64,000 nt of DNA from an uncultured Pseudomonadales bacterium (GTDB lineage: Bacteria > Pseudomonadota > Gammaproteobacteria > Pseudomonadales > Azotimanducaceae), in contig CATOTI010000002.1 of the NCBI GenBank assembly GCA_951813295.1, positions 2,674,522-2,738,521 of the forward strand. Direction: 5' to 3'. Of this stretch, positions 35,553 through 45,160 are shown one piece after another. The notes beneath the pieces were generated by a model, which made no database searches, had not been told where the DNA came from, and was given only the letters and a program-made list of their open reading frames with translations. The position numbers were made by a program, and so were the translations under genes. The first letter of the stretch is position 1. Every line of letters starts with the position of its first letter.

Positions 35553-37709
35553 TCAGTAGGTATCGAGCGGATCGACGTCGATGCTGAATCGAACATTGCG
35601 GGGGCTTTCGATGACCTCGATCGAACGCAGGAAGCGGTGCAGGTCGGCGCGCTTTTCGGCGGTGACCATGAGCTGGAAACGATAGCGGTTGGCCCGTCGC
35701 GGGATCGGTGCGGGTACGGGGCCCGCGATAGCAACGCCCGCGGTAGCTGGCGAGCTTCGCAGTTCCGCGAGAAACCGCCGCGGGCCCTCGGGATCGAGCG
35801 CGTCGGCGCGAATCAGTGCCATGAACCCGAAAGGCGGCATACGCGCGTCGCGGCGATGGCTCGCCTCGCGCGCGGCAAAGCCGGCATAACCATCCGCCAT
35901 CAGCGCGGTGAGGTTTTCGTTTTCCGGGTCGAGTGTCTGAACCCACACCTCGCCCGCACGTTCGGCCCGTCCCGCCCGCCCAGCTACTTGCGTGATCAGT
36001 TGGGCCGTTCGCTCGGGTGCGCGGTAGTCGGCGGACAGGAATCCCTGGTCGGCATCGATCACGACCACGAGCGTGACCGCTGGGAGATGGTGTCCCTTGG
36101 CAAGCATCTGCGTGCCGATGAGGATCAGAGGTTCACCTTCGCGGATCGCGTTCAGGTTGGCTTCGAGTCGTGCCGTCGAGCGGGTAGTGTCGCGATCGAT
36201 TCGATAGAGCGGCACGTTGAAACGCTCTCCCAGCGCTTCTTCGATCCGTTGCGTCCCCGCGCCGAGGTTGATGAGCTCGTTTCGGCAATCCGGACATTCC
36301 ACGGGGATCGACCCAACCGCATCGCAGAGATGGCAGCGTAGTTGCCGCGGTCGTTGGTGGACGGTCATTCGACTGTCACAGTTTGCGCAACGTGCTTGCC
36401 ACCGACATTGCGGGCAGAAGAGAACGGGTGCGTAGCCGCGACGATTGATGAAGACGAGAACCTGGGAGCCGCTCTCGAGATGGCGCTCGATCGCGCTCGT
36501 GACGGGTTCGCTCAGACCCCGGTCGAGATGCAACCCGCGGATGTCGACGATTTCGAATCGCGGCAAGGCCGCGTCGCCGGGGCGATGCGTCAGGCGCGCG
36601 CGGCGATAGCGTCCTCGATCGACATTCGTCAGGGTCTCGATTGCGGGGGTCGCACTCCCGAGCACGACGGGAATGGACAGATCGAAACCGCGTTTCACTG
36701 CAAGGTCCCGGGCGGAATACCGAAAGCCCTCGGCCTGCTTGAACGATGAATCGTGCTCTTCGTCGACAATGATGATGCCGAGGTTCTTGAATGGCGCGAA
36801 CACAGCTGAGCGTGTCCCGACCAGGATGCGTTGTACGCCCTTCGCGCACTCGAGCCAGGTGTCGAAGCGGTCTCGATCGGCCGCGGCGGAGTGGTACGTT
36901 CCGGCCGAACCGAAGCGTGTCAGGAAGCGTGATGCCGTCTGCGGGGTGAGCGAAATCTCGGGCACCAGGACGAGCGCTTGCTGACCTCGATCGATGACCT
37001 CTTCGATGGCCCGTAAGTAAACCTCCGTCTTGCCGCTTCCCGTCACGCCGTCGAGGAGGACCGTCTCCGGTTTGCCCAGTGCACCGACGATTTGCTCGAT
37101 CGCGACACGTTGTTCGAGCGTCGTCGTGATGTTGGTGTGGCCGCGACGGAGGTTAGGTTGCTCTTCGGTCGTATACGCGAGGTCCTTTTCGGCGAGGGCG
37201 CGCACATGGCGCCGTTCGAGCCCGTAGACGGCGAGCTCGGCGTCGCGGACGGCACCCAGAGCTGAGAGCAGGGTATAGGTCTCCTGTTGGCGTGGCGCTC
37301 GGGCCAGCACGTTGAGATCGCCACGCTTTACGCGCCAGATAGGTTTGGCGCGCACGACCGCGTCTTCACCGCGGCGCGCCAGCGTTGGCAGCATGGTCGC
37401 CAGCACGTCGCCGATCGGGTGGTGGTAGTACTCGGCGCTCCAGCGGGCGAGATCGATGAGGTCCGCGCCGAGCACGGGCTCTTCGTCCAGGACTTCGCTG
37501 ATTTCCTTGAGCTTGATCCCCGCGACGTTCGTTTCGAGTCCGACGACGATGCCGACGATGGTGCTCGCGCCGAAGGGCGCGCGCACGCGGCAGCCGATGG
37601 GCGGGGCGGCATCGCCCGCCGGCAACGTGTAGCTGAAAGTCGTGCGCAAGGGGCGGGGCACCGCTACCTGGACGATTGTCGGGTGATTCTCTGGCTGGCT
37701 GTCGTTCAT
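35553..37709 (-). CDS. priA: primosomal replication protein N' (PriA helicase)
   Basis: It has a Walker A motif (GVTGSGKTEVY), a DEEH box and a Cys-rich zinc-binding insert (CPQCRWQARCANC...CHLC...CPDC). Confidence 0.95.
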   Translation of the reverse strand: MNDSQPENHPTIVQVAVPRPLRTTFSYTLPAGDAAPPIGCRVRAPFGASTIVGIVVGLETNVAGIKLKEISEVLDEEPVLGADLIDLARWSAEYYHHPIGDVLATMLPTLARRGEDAVVRAKPIWRVKRGDLNVLARAPRQQETYTLLSALGAVRDAELAVYGLERRHVRALAEKDLAYTTEEQPNLRRGHTNITTTLEQRVAIEQIVGALGKPETVLLDGVTGSGKTEVYLRAIEEVIDRGQQALVLVPEISLTPQTASRFLTRFGSAGTYHSAAADRDRFDTWLECAKGVQRILVGTRSAVFAPFKNLGIIIVDEEHDSSFKQAEGFRYSARDLAVKRGFDLSIPVVLGSATPAIETLTNVDRGRYRRARLTHRPGDAALPRFEIVDIRGLHLDRGLSEPVTSAIERHLESGSQVLVFINRRGYAPVLFCPQCRWQARCANCDSRMTVHQRPRQLRCHLCDAVGSIPVECPDCRNELINLGAGTQRIEEALGERFNVPLYRIDRDTTRSTARLEANLNAIREGEPLILIGTQMLAKGHHLPAVTLVVVIDADQGFLSADYRAPERTAQLITQVAGRAGRAERAGEVWVQTLDPENENLTALMADGYAGFAAREASHRRDARMPPFGFMALIRADALDPEGPRRFLAELRSSPATAGVAIAGPVPAPIPRRANRYRFQLMVTAEKRADLHRFLRSIEVIESPRNVRFSIDVDPLDTY

Positions 37710-37866
37710 CGAGGGGTCAAGGTTCTTACGATGCCAGCGCCGAGAAAAGGTCTGCGGCGCAGGATTCGTGGGGCGCGCCGGATTCTTCAAGGCTCGGTGC
37801 TTGCGGCTCTTCGGGTGCTGCGCATAAACTGCGCGGCCGCGAAATTCGATGCCGGAAGAGAACGCC

Positions 37867-38088
37867 GTGAAATCCGAAATTCATCCGAACTATGTCGAAG
37901 TCAATGCGACGTGCAGTTGCGGCAACGTGATCACGACCCGCTCGACGATCGGCAAGGACATCCACCTGGAAGTCTGCTCTGAATGCCACCCGTTCTATAC
38001 GGGTAAGCAGAAAATCCTCGATACCGGTGGTCGTGTGGAACGTTTCCGCCGTCGCTTCGGTAACCGAACCGGATCGGGCGCTACCTAA
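37867..38088 (+). CDS. rpmE: 50S ribosomal protein L31 (Zn-binding type)
   Basis: The GTG start gives MKSEIHPNY. CxC and CxxC pairs (CSCG, CSEC) and HPFYTGKQK are present. Confidence 0.9.
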   Translation: MKSEIHPNYVEVNATCSCGNVITTRSTIGKDIHLEVCSECHPFYTGKQKILDTGGRVERFRRRFGNRTGSGAT

Positions 38089-38130
38089 CGCTCGATACGA
38101 TCGCATTGGCCGAGCTTGGATTCGGCGAGA

Positions 38131-38155
38131 AGGGGCCCGCGAGGCCCCTTTTTTG
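38131..38155 (+). terminator. Rho-independent terminator after rpmE
   Basis: The GGGGCC-CGCGA-GGCCCC stem-loop is followed by TTTTTT. Confidence 0.8.
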
Positions 38156-38282
38156 TGGGCTGGCGAAGTGCGTTCGCGAGCGACGGTTTTGGATCGATGG
38201 CGCGTAGAACCTTCTGGCGAACGGATGTTCTAAGGCTTTAGGCTCACGCAGGCCGAGCCGCGCCAATCCGGAGGCATGACCG

Positions 38283-39674
38283 ATGAAATTGCTGATTGCC
38301 ATGAGTTTAGGTTTCACCGTTCTCATCGGCGGTGTCGCGCATGCTGGCGCCGGCGCGAAGATGTACAACGAGCTTGTCGAGAACGAACAGATCTATGCGG
38401 ACGAGCGGTGGCAGCGCTATGTCGAGGACATTGGCGAGCGCCTGCTCGTACACAGCACTGATGCGGGCAACGATTACACGTTCGCCGTGCTCGACAACTC
38501 GCAGATCAACGCATTTGCCACTCCCGATGCCTTCATCTTCGTCAACCGTGGCCTCATTGCGTTCCTGAAGTCGGAGGATGAGTTGGCCGCTGTGATCGGC
38601 CACGAAATCGGCCATGTCGTCGGCAAGCATTCGCGCCGTCGACGCACGGCGGATCTATTCGGCAAGTCCATCGGACTCGTGGCTGGCTTCATGACCGGCC
38701 GCGGCGAGCTCATGAACCTCTCCAACGCGGTGACGGCGCAGATCGTGTCGGGCTACGGGCGTGAAATGGAACTCGAAGCCGATCGCTACGGCGGCGAGTT
38801 CCTGGCGCGTGCCGGGTACAACCCGATGGCGATGATCGACGTCGTTCAGGTGCTCAAAGATCAGGAACTCTTCTCGAAGCAGGTCCGCAACCGGCCGTCC
38901 AACTATCACGGCCTCTTCGCGTCTCACCCCAAGAACGATAAACGGTTACACGACGCTATTGCCTACGCCAACGAACTCCTGCCCGACGAGACGATCGAAC
39001 CGCTGGAGGACTTCTGGGACATGGTCGACGGTCTGGCGTATGGCGACGAAGCGGCGGCCGGGCTCGTGAAGGAAGGTAAGTTCTACCACGGCGGGTTGCG
39101 AGTCGTGATCGAGTTCCCGGAGAACTGGGGCGTGGCGAATTCGTCCGCGCAGGTCCGGGCGACGGCGCCGGGTGGCGATGATGTCGCCGTGGTCACCGTG
39201 GCGCGCCATGAGCCTGTCCGTCGGAAGTCGCCGCAACAGTACGTGACCGATGTCTTGAAGCGCGATGACCTGAAGACCGGCGCCGAGGTCGAGATCAACG
39301 GCAACGAAGCCTACGTCGGTGAGATCGAAGTGCTCGAAGGGTCGGAACAGACGGCGGAATACATCGGCATCATCTACCGTGCGAAGGACGTCTTCCTCTT
39401 CAAAGGCGAGTGCGGCAAGAATGGCGATCCCGAGCAATGTAAAGCCTGGTTCACCGAGAGCCTCGAGGGCTTGCGGCCGATGACGGCTGCCGACGTACAA
39501 GTCGCGAACAGCCGTCGAATCAAGGTCATCGTGGCCGACCCGGGGCATACATACGCGAAGCTCGCGCCGTCGAGTTCTTTGCGCGAGTACCCGGAGGAGA
39601 CACTGAGGCTTTTGAACGCCGGTCACCCGAACGCCGAGCCCCGTGCCGGGGACTACATCAAAGTCGTTCGCTAG
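38283..39674 (+). CDS. M48 family metallopeptidase (exported)
   Basis: It has a signal peptide, a HEIGHVVGKH (HExxH) motif, a downstream ELEADR motif and a C-terminal extension of about 200 aa. Confidence 0.85.
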   Translation: MKLLIAMSLGFTVLIGGVAHAGAGAKMYNELVENEQIYADERWQRYVEDIGERLLVHSTDAGNDYTFAVLDNSQINAFATPDAFIFVNRGLIAFLKSEDELAAVIGHEIGHVVGKHSRRRRTADLFGKSIGLVAGFMTGRGELMNLSNAVTAQIVSGYGREMELEADRYGGEFLARAGYNPMAMIDVVQVLKDQELFSKQVRNRPSNYHGLFASHPKNDKRLHDAIAYANELLPDETIEPLEDFWDMVDGLAYGDEAAAGLVKEGKFYHGGLRVVIEFPENWGVANSSAQVRATAPGGDDVAVVTVARHEPVRRKSPQQYVTDVLKRDDLKTGAEVEINGNEAYVGEIEVLEGSEQTAEYIGIIYRAKDVFLFKGECGKNGDPEQCKAWFTESLEGLRPMTAADVQVANSRRIKVIVADPGHTYAKLAPSSSLREYPEETLRLLNAGHPNAEPRAGDYIKVVR

Positions 39675-39764
39675 AACCCATCGAAAACGTCGAGCGACGC
39701 GACGCCGTTTGCTTCACGTGAACGGAGAAGACCTCATCGCGCCGTAGCGCGCTCGCTTTTTCGA

Positions 39765-40541
39765 TCAGATCCGCGCGACGTACTCGATGATTGCCGCCAT
39801 GAACTTGGCAGGGCTCGAAAGCGGCTGGCCGTGGTCCTGGCCGGGCAGGATCGCGAGTTCGGCGTTCGGCAGCCACTCGAAGATATCGATCGTCTGTTGT
39901 AGTGGGATCAAATTGTCCCGATCGCCCGCGATCACGAGGCACGGTTCGTTGACTCGTGCGAGCTTGTCTGCGTTCAAACCGCTGTAGCCGAGCCACATGT
40001 CTGCTGACTGTTGGGCCACGTCCTGCCATTGGGTCGGTGTAGTCGTGTGCATGCCCTTCAGGTAGCCGGCGATGGGGCTATCACTTGCTTCGAGCGCGTC
40101 GAAGTCCGCCTTGCCGTTCGCATCGAGACAGAAGAGTTGTGTCGTCACGCGGTGGAACGCCGGACCGAAGTCGTGCATCGCGCCACCGGGAATCAACGCT
40201 CGCGCGACGCCCGGGTGACGCAGACCGAGTTCCAGAGCGACTTGACCACCGTCACTCCACCCGCCAACGACCGGTGCTTCGAGGCCGAGTTCAGCGATGA
40301 GTGCGGCGGTGTCGTCGGCGATCACCTCGTAGGTCAACTCGCCGCTCGGGTTCGTCGACGCGCCGTGCCCGCGTGAATCGAACACCACCACATGGTGGTA
40401 CTCGGCGAGCAAATCGATCGATTTCGACCAAGTGACCGAAGAGACGGTACCGCCGTGCACCAGGACGATCGGCACGCCTTCGCCCTGCTCTTTGACGTAG
40501 AGGCTGACGCTGTTCACGTCGACGTGGTGAGACTTGTTCAT
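39765..40541 (-). CDS. alpha/beta hydrolase
   Basis: It has an HGG oxyanion motif (VLVHGGTVS), a nucleophile elbow GWSDGG and a C-terminal His region (PGQDHG). Confidence 0.85.
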   Translation of the reverse strand: MNKSHHVDVNSVSLYVKEQGEGVPIVLVHGGTVSSVTWSKSIDLLAEYHHVVVFDSRGHGASTNPSGELTYEVIADDTAALIAELGLEAPVVGGWSDGGQVALELGLRHPGVARALIPGGAMHDFGPAFHRVTTQLFCLDANGKADFDALEASDSPIAGYLKGMHTTTPTQWQDVAQQSADMWLGYSGLNADKLARVNEPCLVIAGDRDNLIPLQQTIDIFEWLPNAELAILPGQDHGQPLSSPAKFMAAIIEYVARI

Positions 40542-40605
40542 CCTGACGACTCAAGGGATGGAAACGCCATTGTGATCGGCGCGGCCATGGATGTCTTCGC
40601 GACCT

Positions 40606-43020
40606 CTAGAAGATGTCTTCGGGGCGTACGGTCTGCTGGCGGGTCCTGGGTCGACTGCTGTGGCCGGGGGGAAGGTTCTCGGCCAGGAAGTACTCGAACG
40701 CTGTGTTCTTCGAGTTGGCGCCGGCGAAGCGCCCCGTGCCGAGATTGATACGCACGCTGACGACGCCGTCGGGGAGCGGTGGATTGATCGTCGGCGCGCC
40801 ATCGAGCGCTTGTGCCATGAAGTCGACCCAGATTTCGAGTGGTGTCGTGGACCCGTATTCGCGGCTGCCGATCGGCGTGAGATCAGAAAACCCCACCCAG
40901 GTGGTGGCAACCAGGTGCGGATGAAAGCCGTTGAACCAGGTGTCGGCCGCTTCGTTGGTCGTCCCCGTCTTGCCGGCGAGATCTTCCCGCCCGAGTGCCA
41001 AGGCTTTACGTCCGGTGCCACGCTTCACGACGTCTCGCAGCATCGACTGGACGATGAATGCGTTGCGCGCATCCAGGACGCGGACCGCGGATTGACCTTC
41101 GCCGCAGTCATCGCAAACGAGGGGATATTCGGGATCGAGCACGATCGATCCGTCCAGCTTGCGGACTTCCTTGATGAGATGCGGCGTGATCGCGAAACCG
41201 CCATTGGCGAAGGTCGCGTAGGTTCGGGTCATGTCGATCGGGCGAACGGTCATGGTGCCCCCGCCGATCGCGAGTTGCGTATTGCGAGGGAATGTCGAGA
41301 CGTCGAGCCCGAGGTTGGCCGCGTGGTCGATGACCGCCTTCGTGCCGACCTCCAGCAGAACGCGTATCGAGACGAGGTTGACGCTTCGAAACAGCGCTTC
41401 GCGCAGACGCGTGGGCCCCTTGAACGTGCCGCTGTCGTTGCGTGGCCGATAAGTCGTTTCGAGGTTCTCGTCGTCGAAGACGAGTGGTGCGTCCAAAAAG
41501 ATCGTCGCGGGCGTGACGCCTTCGTTGAGCGCTGCCGAGTAGAGCACGGGCTTGAAACCCGACCCCGGTTGCCGGTGGGCCTGCAGGGCATGATTGAACT
41601 GGTTGCGAAAGAAGTTAAAGCCGCCGACGAGCGCCTTGATTTCACCGGTCCTCGGGTCGAGTGCGATGAGCGCGCCCTGGATTTCCGGTACCTGCCGGAC
41701 CACCCAGCCGGCGTCGGTCTGTTGAAGACGGATCACGTCGCCCGTGGCAAAGGCGTCGCCCGCGGTTTTCAGGCTCGGACCCCGGGTGTCCTCGTCGATG
41801 TAACGACGCGCCCAGCGGAGCCCCTCCCACGGCACGTGGGCTACATCGCCGCTTCGCAACATGACGTCGATTGCCTGATCGTCGACAAAGACGATGACGC
41901 CTGGCTCCAGCCCACTGACGGGTTCGAAATCGCGAAGTCGCGCGAGGATCGCGTCGAGATCACCTTCGTACGCGTCGAGATCGAGCTGCGCGTCGGGGCC
42001 GCGATAGCCGTGTCGGACGTCGTAGTCGAAGAGCCCTTTTTGCACGGCGCGTTGGGCCGCCGCTTGCAGCTCGACGTCGATCGTCGTCGTCACTTCGTAG
42101 CCGGAATAGATGTCGGTCCCGAAATGGCCGACGAGTTCCTGTCGAACCTGCTCGGCGGGATAAGGCGAGGGCAGGTCGACCTCGAGCTGGAAAACCCGCG
42201 CAGTGATCGGTGCGCCGCGCGCGGTTTCGTACGCGGCCTGATCGATCGCGTCCTGCTCGAGCATGCGGCGAAGGACGAGATTCCTGCGATCGAGGGCCCA
42301 TTCCGGGCCGTTGATCGGGTTGCCGCCTTCGGGCTTCTTCGTAATGCCCGCCAGCATCGCCAGTTGGGCGAGGTCCAGCTCATCGACGGGCTTGCCGTAG
42401 TACGTATGCGCGGCGGCTTGCAGCCCGTAAGCGCGTTTACCGAACGGCACGATGTTGACGTAGAGCTCTAGGATTTCGCGTTTTTCGAGCTGTCGCTCGA
42501 TCTTGAGCGCGAGCAGCATCTCTTTGAATTTACGGATGAATGTCTGATCGAACGTGAACGAGACGATCTTGGCGAGCTGCATCGTGATCGTGCTCGCGCC
42601 GGTACGAACATCCGACGTGACGAGACCGACGGTGTCGTTCACGAGCGATATGAGATCGATGCCGAAGTGGCCGTAAAACCGCTTGTCCTCGGTGCCGAGG
42701 AGCCCGGCGAGGTATAGCGGGGGCACGTCGTCGATCGAGATGGGAATGAGGCGGCGATCGCCGAACTCCGCAATCAGGCGCTGGTCCTCGTCGAATACGC
42801 GCAGCGGCGTCTCGAACTCATAGTTCGTAAACGTCTCGGTGGCCGGAATCTGCGGATCCAGATAGAGAAAGACGGCGCCGAGGCCCAGCACAATCGCACA
42901 CAAGCCAGACGCGCCAAGCCACACCATGGCCTTCAGGTACTGGACCGTGTTTTTCGGTGGCCTGAAGGCGCGGGCTCTCCCGAAGATCGTTCGGAAGCGG
43001 TCTAGCAGCACGGCGACCAC
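40606..43020 (-). CDS. mrcA: penicillin-binding protein 1A (bifunctional transglycosylase/transpeptidase)
   Basis: It has a GT51 domain (EDKRFYGHFGID, STITMQL), transpeptidase motifs SGFKP and KTGTTN, and an N-terminal TM segment. Confidence 0.95.
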   Translation of the reverse strand: MVAVLLDRFRTIFGRARAFRPPKNTVQYLKAMVWLGASGLCAIVLGLGAVFLYLDPQIPATETFTNYEFETPLRVFDEDQRLIAEFGDRRLIPISIDDVPPLYLAGLLGTEDKRFYGHFGIDLISLVNDTVGLVTSDVRTGASTITMQLAKIVSFTFDQTFIRKFKEMLLALKIERQLEKREILELYVNIVPFGKRAYGLQAAAHTYYGKPVDELDLAQLAMLAGITKKPEGGNPINGPEWALDRRNLVLRRMLEQDAIDQAAYETARGAPITARVFQLEVDLPSPYPAEQVRQELVGHFGTDIYSGYEVTTTIDVELQAAAQRAVQKGLFDYDVRHGYRGPDAQLDLDAYEGDLDAILARLRDFEPVSGLEPGVIVFVDDQAIDVMLRSGDVAHVPWEGLRWARRYIDEDTRGPSLKTAGDAFATGDVIRLQQTDAGWVVRQVPEIQGALIALDPRTGEIKALVGGFNFFRNQFNHALQAHRQPGSGFKPVLYSAALNEGVTPATIFLDAPLVFDDENLETTYRPRNDSGTFKGPTRLREALFRSVNLVSIRVLLEVGTKAVIDHAANLGLDVSTFPRNTQLAIGGGTMTVRPIDMTRTYATFANGGFAITPHLIKEVRKLDGSIVLDPEYPLVCDDCGEGQSAVRVLDARNAFIVQSMLRDVVKRGTGRKALALGREDLAGKTGTTNEAADTWFNGFHPHLVATTWVGFSDLTPIGSREYGSTTPLEIWVDFMAQALDGAPTINPPLPDGVVSVRINLGTGRFAGANSKNTAFEYFLAENLPPGHSSRPRTRQQTVRPEDIF

Positions 43021-43083
43021 GCGCTAAGAGGTGCGAATGTTGATGATACGGCGAGCGGGGACAGCTGAGAATCGGCGGGCTCG

Positions 43084-43974
43084 ATGCGTCGTTCGAGCGA
43101 GATGCGAATGAAGCGGCGCCGACTATCGGTCGTCGGCATCGACATCTCTGAACGTGCCGTTCGGTGGGTCGAACTCAAGCGTCGTCGCGGCCGCATCATC
43201 GTAAGTTCCGTGGGATCCCGCCAGTTTTCACCGACTTCGGCAGAAGTGCTCGATACTACGTTCGACGAAGAGATCGGTGAAGTCATTGCCGAGGTCCTTG
43301 CGACTGCCATCGACCCCGGGGCCTCGGTAGCGGTGTCTTTCGACCAGGCGCGCGTCGACATCTCGCTCCGCCATCTTGGCACGGCGCTCGACGACGACGA
43401 GATCGATTTCCATGCCCGGCGGATGGGATCGGGTGGAACAGCGCCTGCCAACGCGACTGAAGGGCCGATCGAATACCGGGTAATCGGTTGTTGTCCGTTC
43501 GAACCGGGGCTTCTGGACGTCCTCATCGTGACGTCTCGCCACCGCTCCGTTCGGCGTCTCCGTCGGCTGGTCCGTGATGCAGGCCATCGGCTCGAAGTTG
43601 TCGATGTCGATGCGTTGGTCGTCGCACGATCGATGGCTGGCGCGACGCGCCCGCTCATCGTCTTGTGCCGCGGATCGACGACGGAAGGATTTCTCATCGA
43701 CCCTGCGCGGCACGGCGTGCCAGCCTCGCCGTGCCGTCTACTGGATCCTGACGAGTCGGTCGGCGCGTCGGCCTATCGATCGAAGTCCGCGCGCGTACGC
43801 GAGCTCGATCGAGGTTTTGTCGAAGCGTGTGGCATCGACGTCGTGTCTCTCGATCCGGCAACGAGCGATACGCGCGTGGGGGACGCGTGGACCGGGATCG
43901 ATCCCGCGCCAGCGCAGGCTGGCGTCGCTCTCCTACTCGCGCTCGGCTTGCGCGATTGGGACCGCTTGTCATGA
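43084..43974 (+). CDS. pilM: PilM/HofM-like pilus assembly protein (short, divergent)
   Basis: It sits divergent from PBP1A and first in the cluster. The N-terminus VVGIDISERAVRWVEL resembles the PilM actin-like fold start. The start is uncertain. Confidence 0.6.
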   Translation: MRRSSEMRMKRRRLSVVGIDISERAVRWVELKRRRGRIIVSSVGSRQFSPTSAEVLDTTFDEEIGEVIAEVLATAIDPGASVAVSFDQARVDISLRHLGTALDDDEIDFHARRMGSGGTAPANATEGPIEYRVIGCCPFEPGLLDVLIVTSRHRSVRRLRRLVRDAGHRLEVVDVDALVVARSMAGATRPLIVLCRGSTTEGFLIDPARHGVPASPCRLLDPDESVGASAYRSKSARVRELDRGFVEACGIDVVSLDPATSDTRVGDAWTGIDPAPAQAGVALLLALGLRDWDRLS

Positions 43975-44537
43975 CGGATCGTCGAATCCGTTCGCTGCGC
44001 GCCTTCGGGATCGGCATAGCAACGCGATCCAATGAGTACGACTCCCCGCACGCAGTGCCAGCGCTCAACCTGCTCGCGTGGCGCTCGGCCCTAGCGCGGC
44101 GTCGAGGTATCGAACTGATCCTCGTGACGATCATCTTTTCGTTCGTCGGCTTCGTCGTCCCGCTCGCGCTCGTGGAGTTTGTCCTGCCGCGAAATGCGGG
44201 GACGTCGCAGGCCGAGGTCACACCGGTGCCAGTCGGCTCGGCATTGCGTGACGACCTCGCCATCAAGCGTACGCTGATCAAGACCATAGCGCGGCGAGAT
44301 GGGCAAGCACGCGCGGCGATCGAAACGGTCCATCACGTTGCGCGGTGGTTGCCGCGCGGGGTGACCCTCGAACGCTTGGATGTCTCACACGAAGTCAAGG
44401 TCGATGGCCGCGCGCGGGAGCCGGATGCCTTGGATGCGTACGTTGCCGCGCTCCGCCGAGGCGAGGCGGAGGTGACCTTTCAAGGTCGCGAGCGCAGCGC
44501 GGACAACGATGTCTTTTCCCTGGTGATCAGTCTTTGA
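43971..44537 (+). CDS. pilN: PilN/HofN-like pilus assembly protein
   Basis: It overlaps pilM as ATGA. An NLLAWR motif is followed by a single TM segment. Confidence 0.65.
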   Translation: MTDRRIRSLRAFGIGIATRSNEYDSPHAVPALNLLAWRSALARRRGIELILVTIIFSFVGFVVPLALVEFVLPRNAGTSQAEVTPVPVGSALRDDLAIKRTLIKTIARRDGQARAAIETVHHVARWLPRGVTLERLDVSHEVKVDGRAREPDALDAYVAALRRGEAEVTFQGRERSADNDVFSLVISL

Positions 44538-45160
44538 GAGCGTTCCGAATCGACTGGATCGAGGCGTTCGCGCGGCGCCTCGGACGGTGGCGTCCGCGGT
44601 TGCCGGTCATTGGCCTCGCGGCGTTTGGCGGCGGCTTGATGATCGGTGCCTATTTCGTGATCGAGCCTGCGCTCGAGCTCCGTCGCGACGGTCAACTGTA
44701 CGAGGCGCGGTTGCGCGATTCGCATGCACGACGGGATCGTGCAATCGACGACTGGCGACGCCTCGCTGCGGAGGCGGAAGAGGTTGAGGATGAGTTGAAG
44801 ACCCTGTTTACGCGGCGGCAGGCCGCGGGGGCAATCGACGGCGACGCGGATGATTCCGGCGTCGTGGACACCATCGATCGAATCACGGGATTCGCTACGT
44901 CGAACGCGCTGGCGCCGGTTCAGGTGCGCCGGATCGATCATGGTGGTCCGGTTCGTTCGCGAATCGAAGAGAACGAGTTCGAAGTCCACGCCGAGGGCCG
45001 GTTCCGTGACGTCCTGGCTTTCTTGACGGAAGCGGCGACGTCCGAACCGTCGCTCGCGCTTGTCGCCTTTTCAATCCGTTCGGCTGGCGCGCGACTGGTC
45101 CTGAACGCGCGCTTCTCAAGCGTTCGGCTGCGCGACCCTGGAACCTCGAGGCGCACATGA
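44534..45160 (+). CDS. pilO: PilO/HofO-like pilus assembly protein
   Basis: The TTG start overlaps the pilN stop as TTGA. It has a TM segment, a coiled coil and a C-terminal ferredoxin-like part (FEVHAEGRFRDVLAFL). Confidence 0.55.
   Translation: MRAFRIDWIEAFARRLGRWRPRLPVIGLAAFGGGLMIGAYFVIEPALELRRDGQLYEARLRDSHARRDRAIDDWRRLAAEAEEVEDELKTLFTRRQAAGAIDGDADDSGVVDTIDRITGFATSNALAPVQVRRIDHGGPVRSRIEENEFEVHAEGRFRDVLAFLTEAATSEPSLALVAFSIRSAGARLVLNARFSSVRLRDPGTSRRT

Noticed and set aside
40591-42471. A 626-aa plus-strand ORF lies antisense to PBP1A. Similar long antisense or out-of-frame ORFs include 5809-6819, 20166-21185, 22108-23136, 30091-31155, 31796-32839, 52901-54133, 54137-55078 and 61309-62349.
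   Set aside because: Each overlaps a gene with unmistakable family motifs on the other strand. Each has a low-complexity R/D/G/V-rich composition and no recognisable motif. They are GC-driven open frames.
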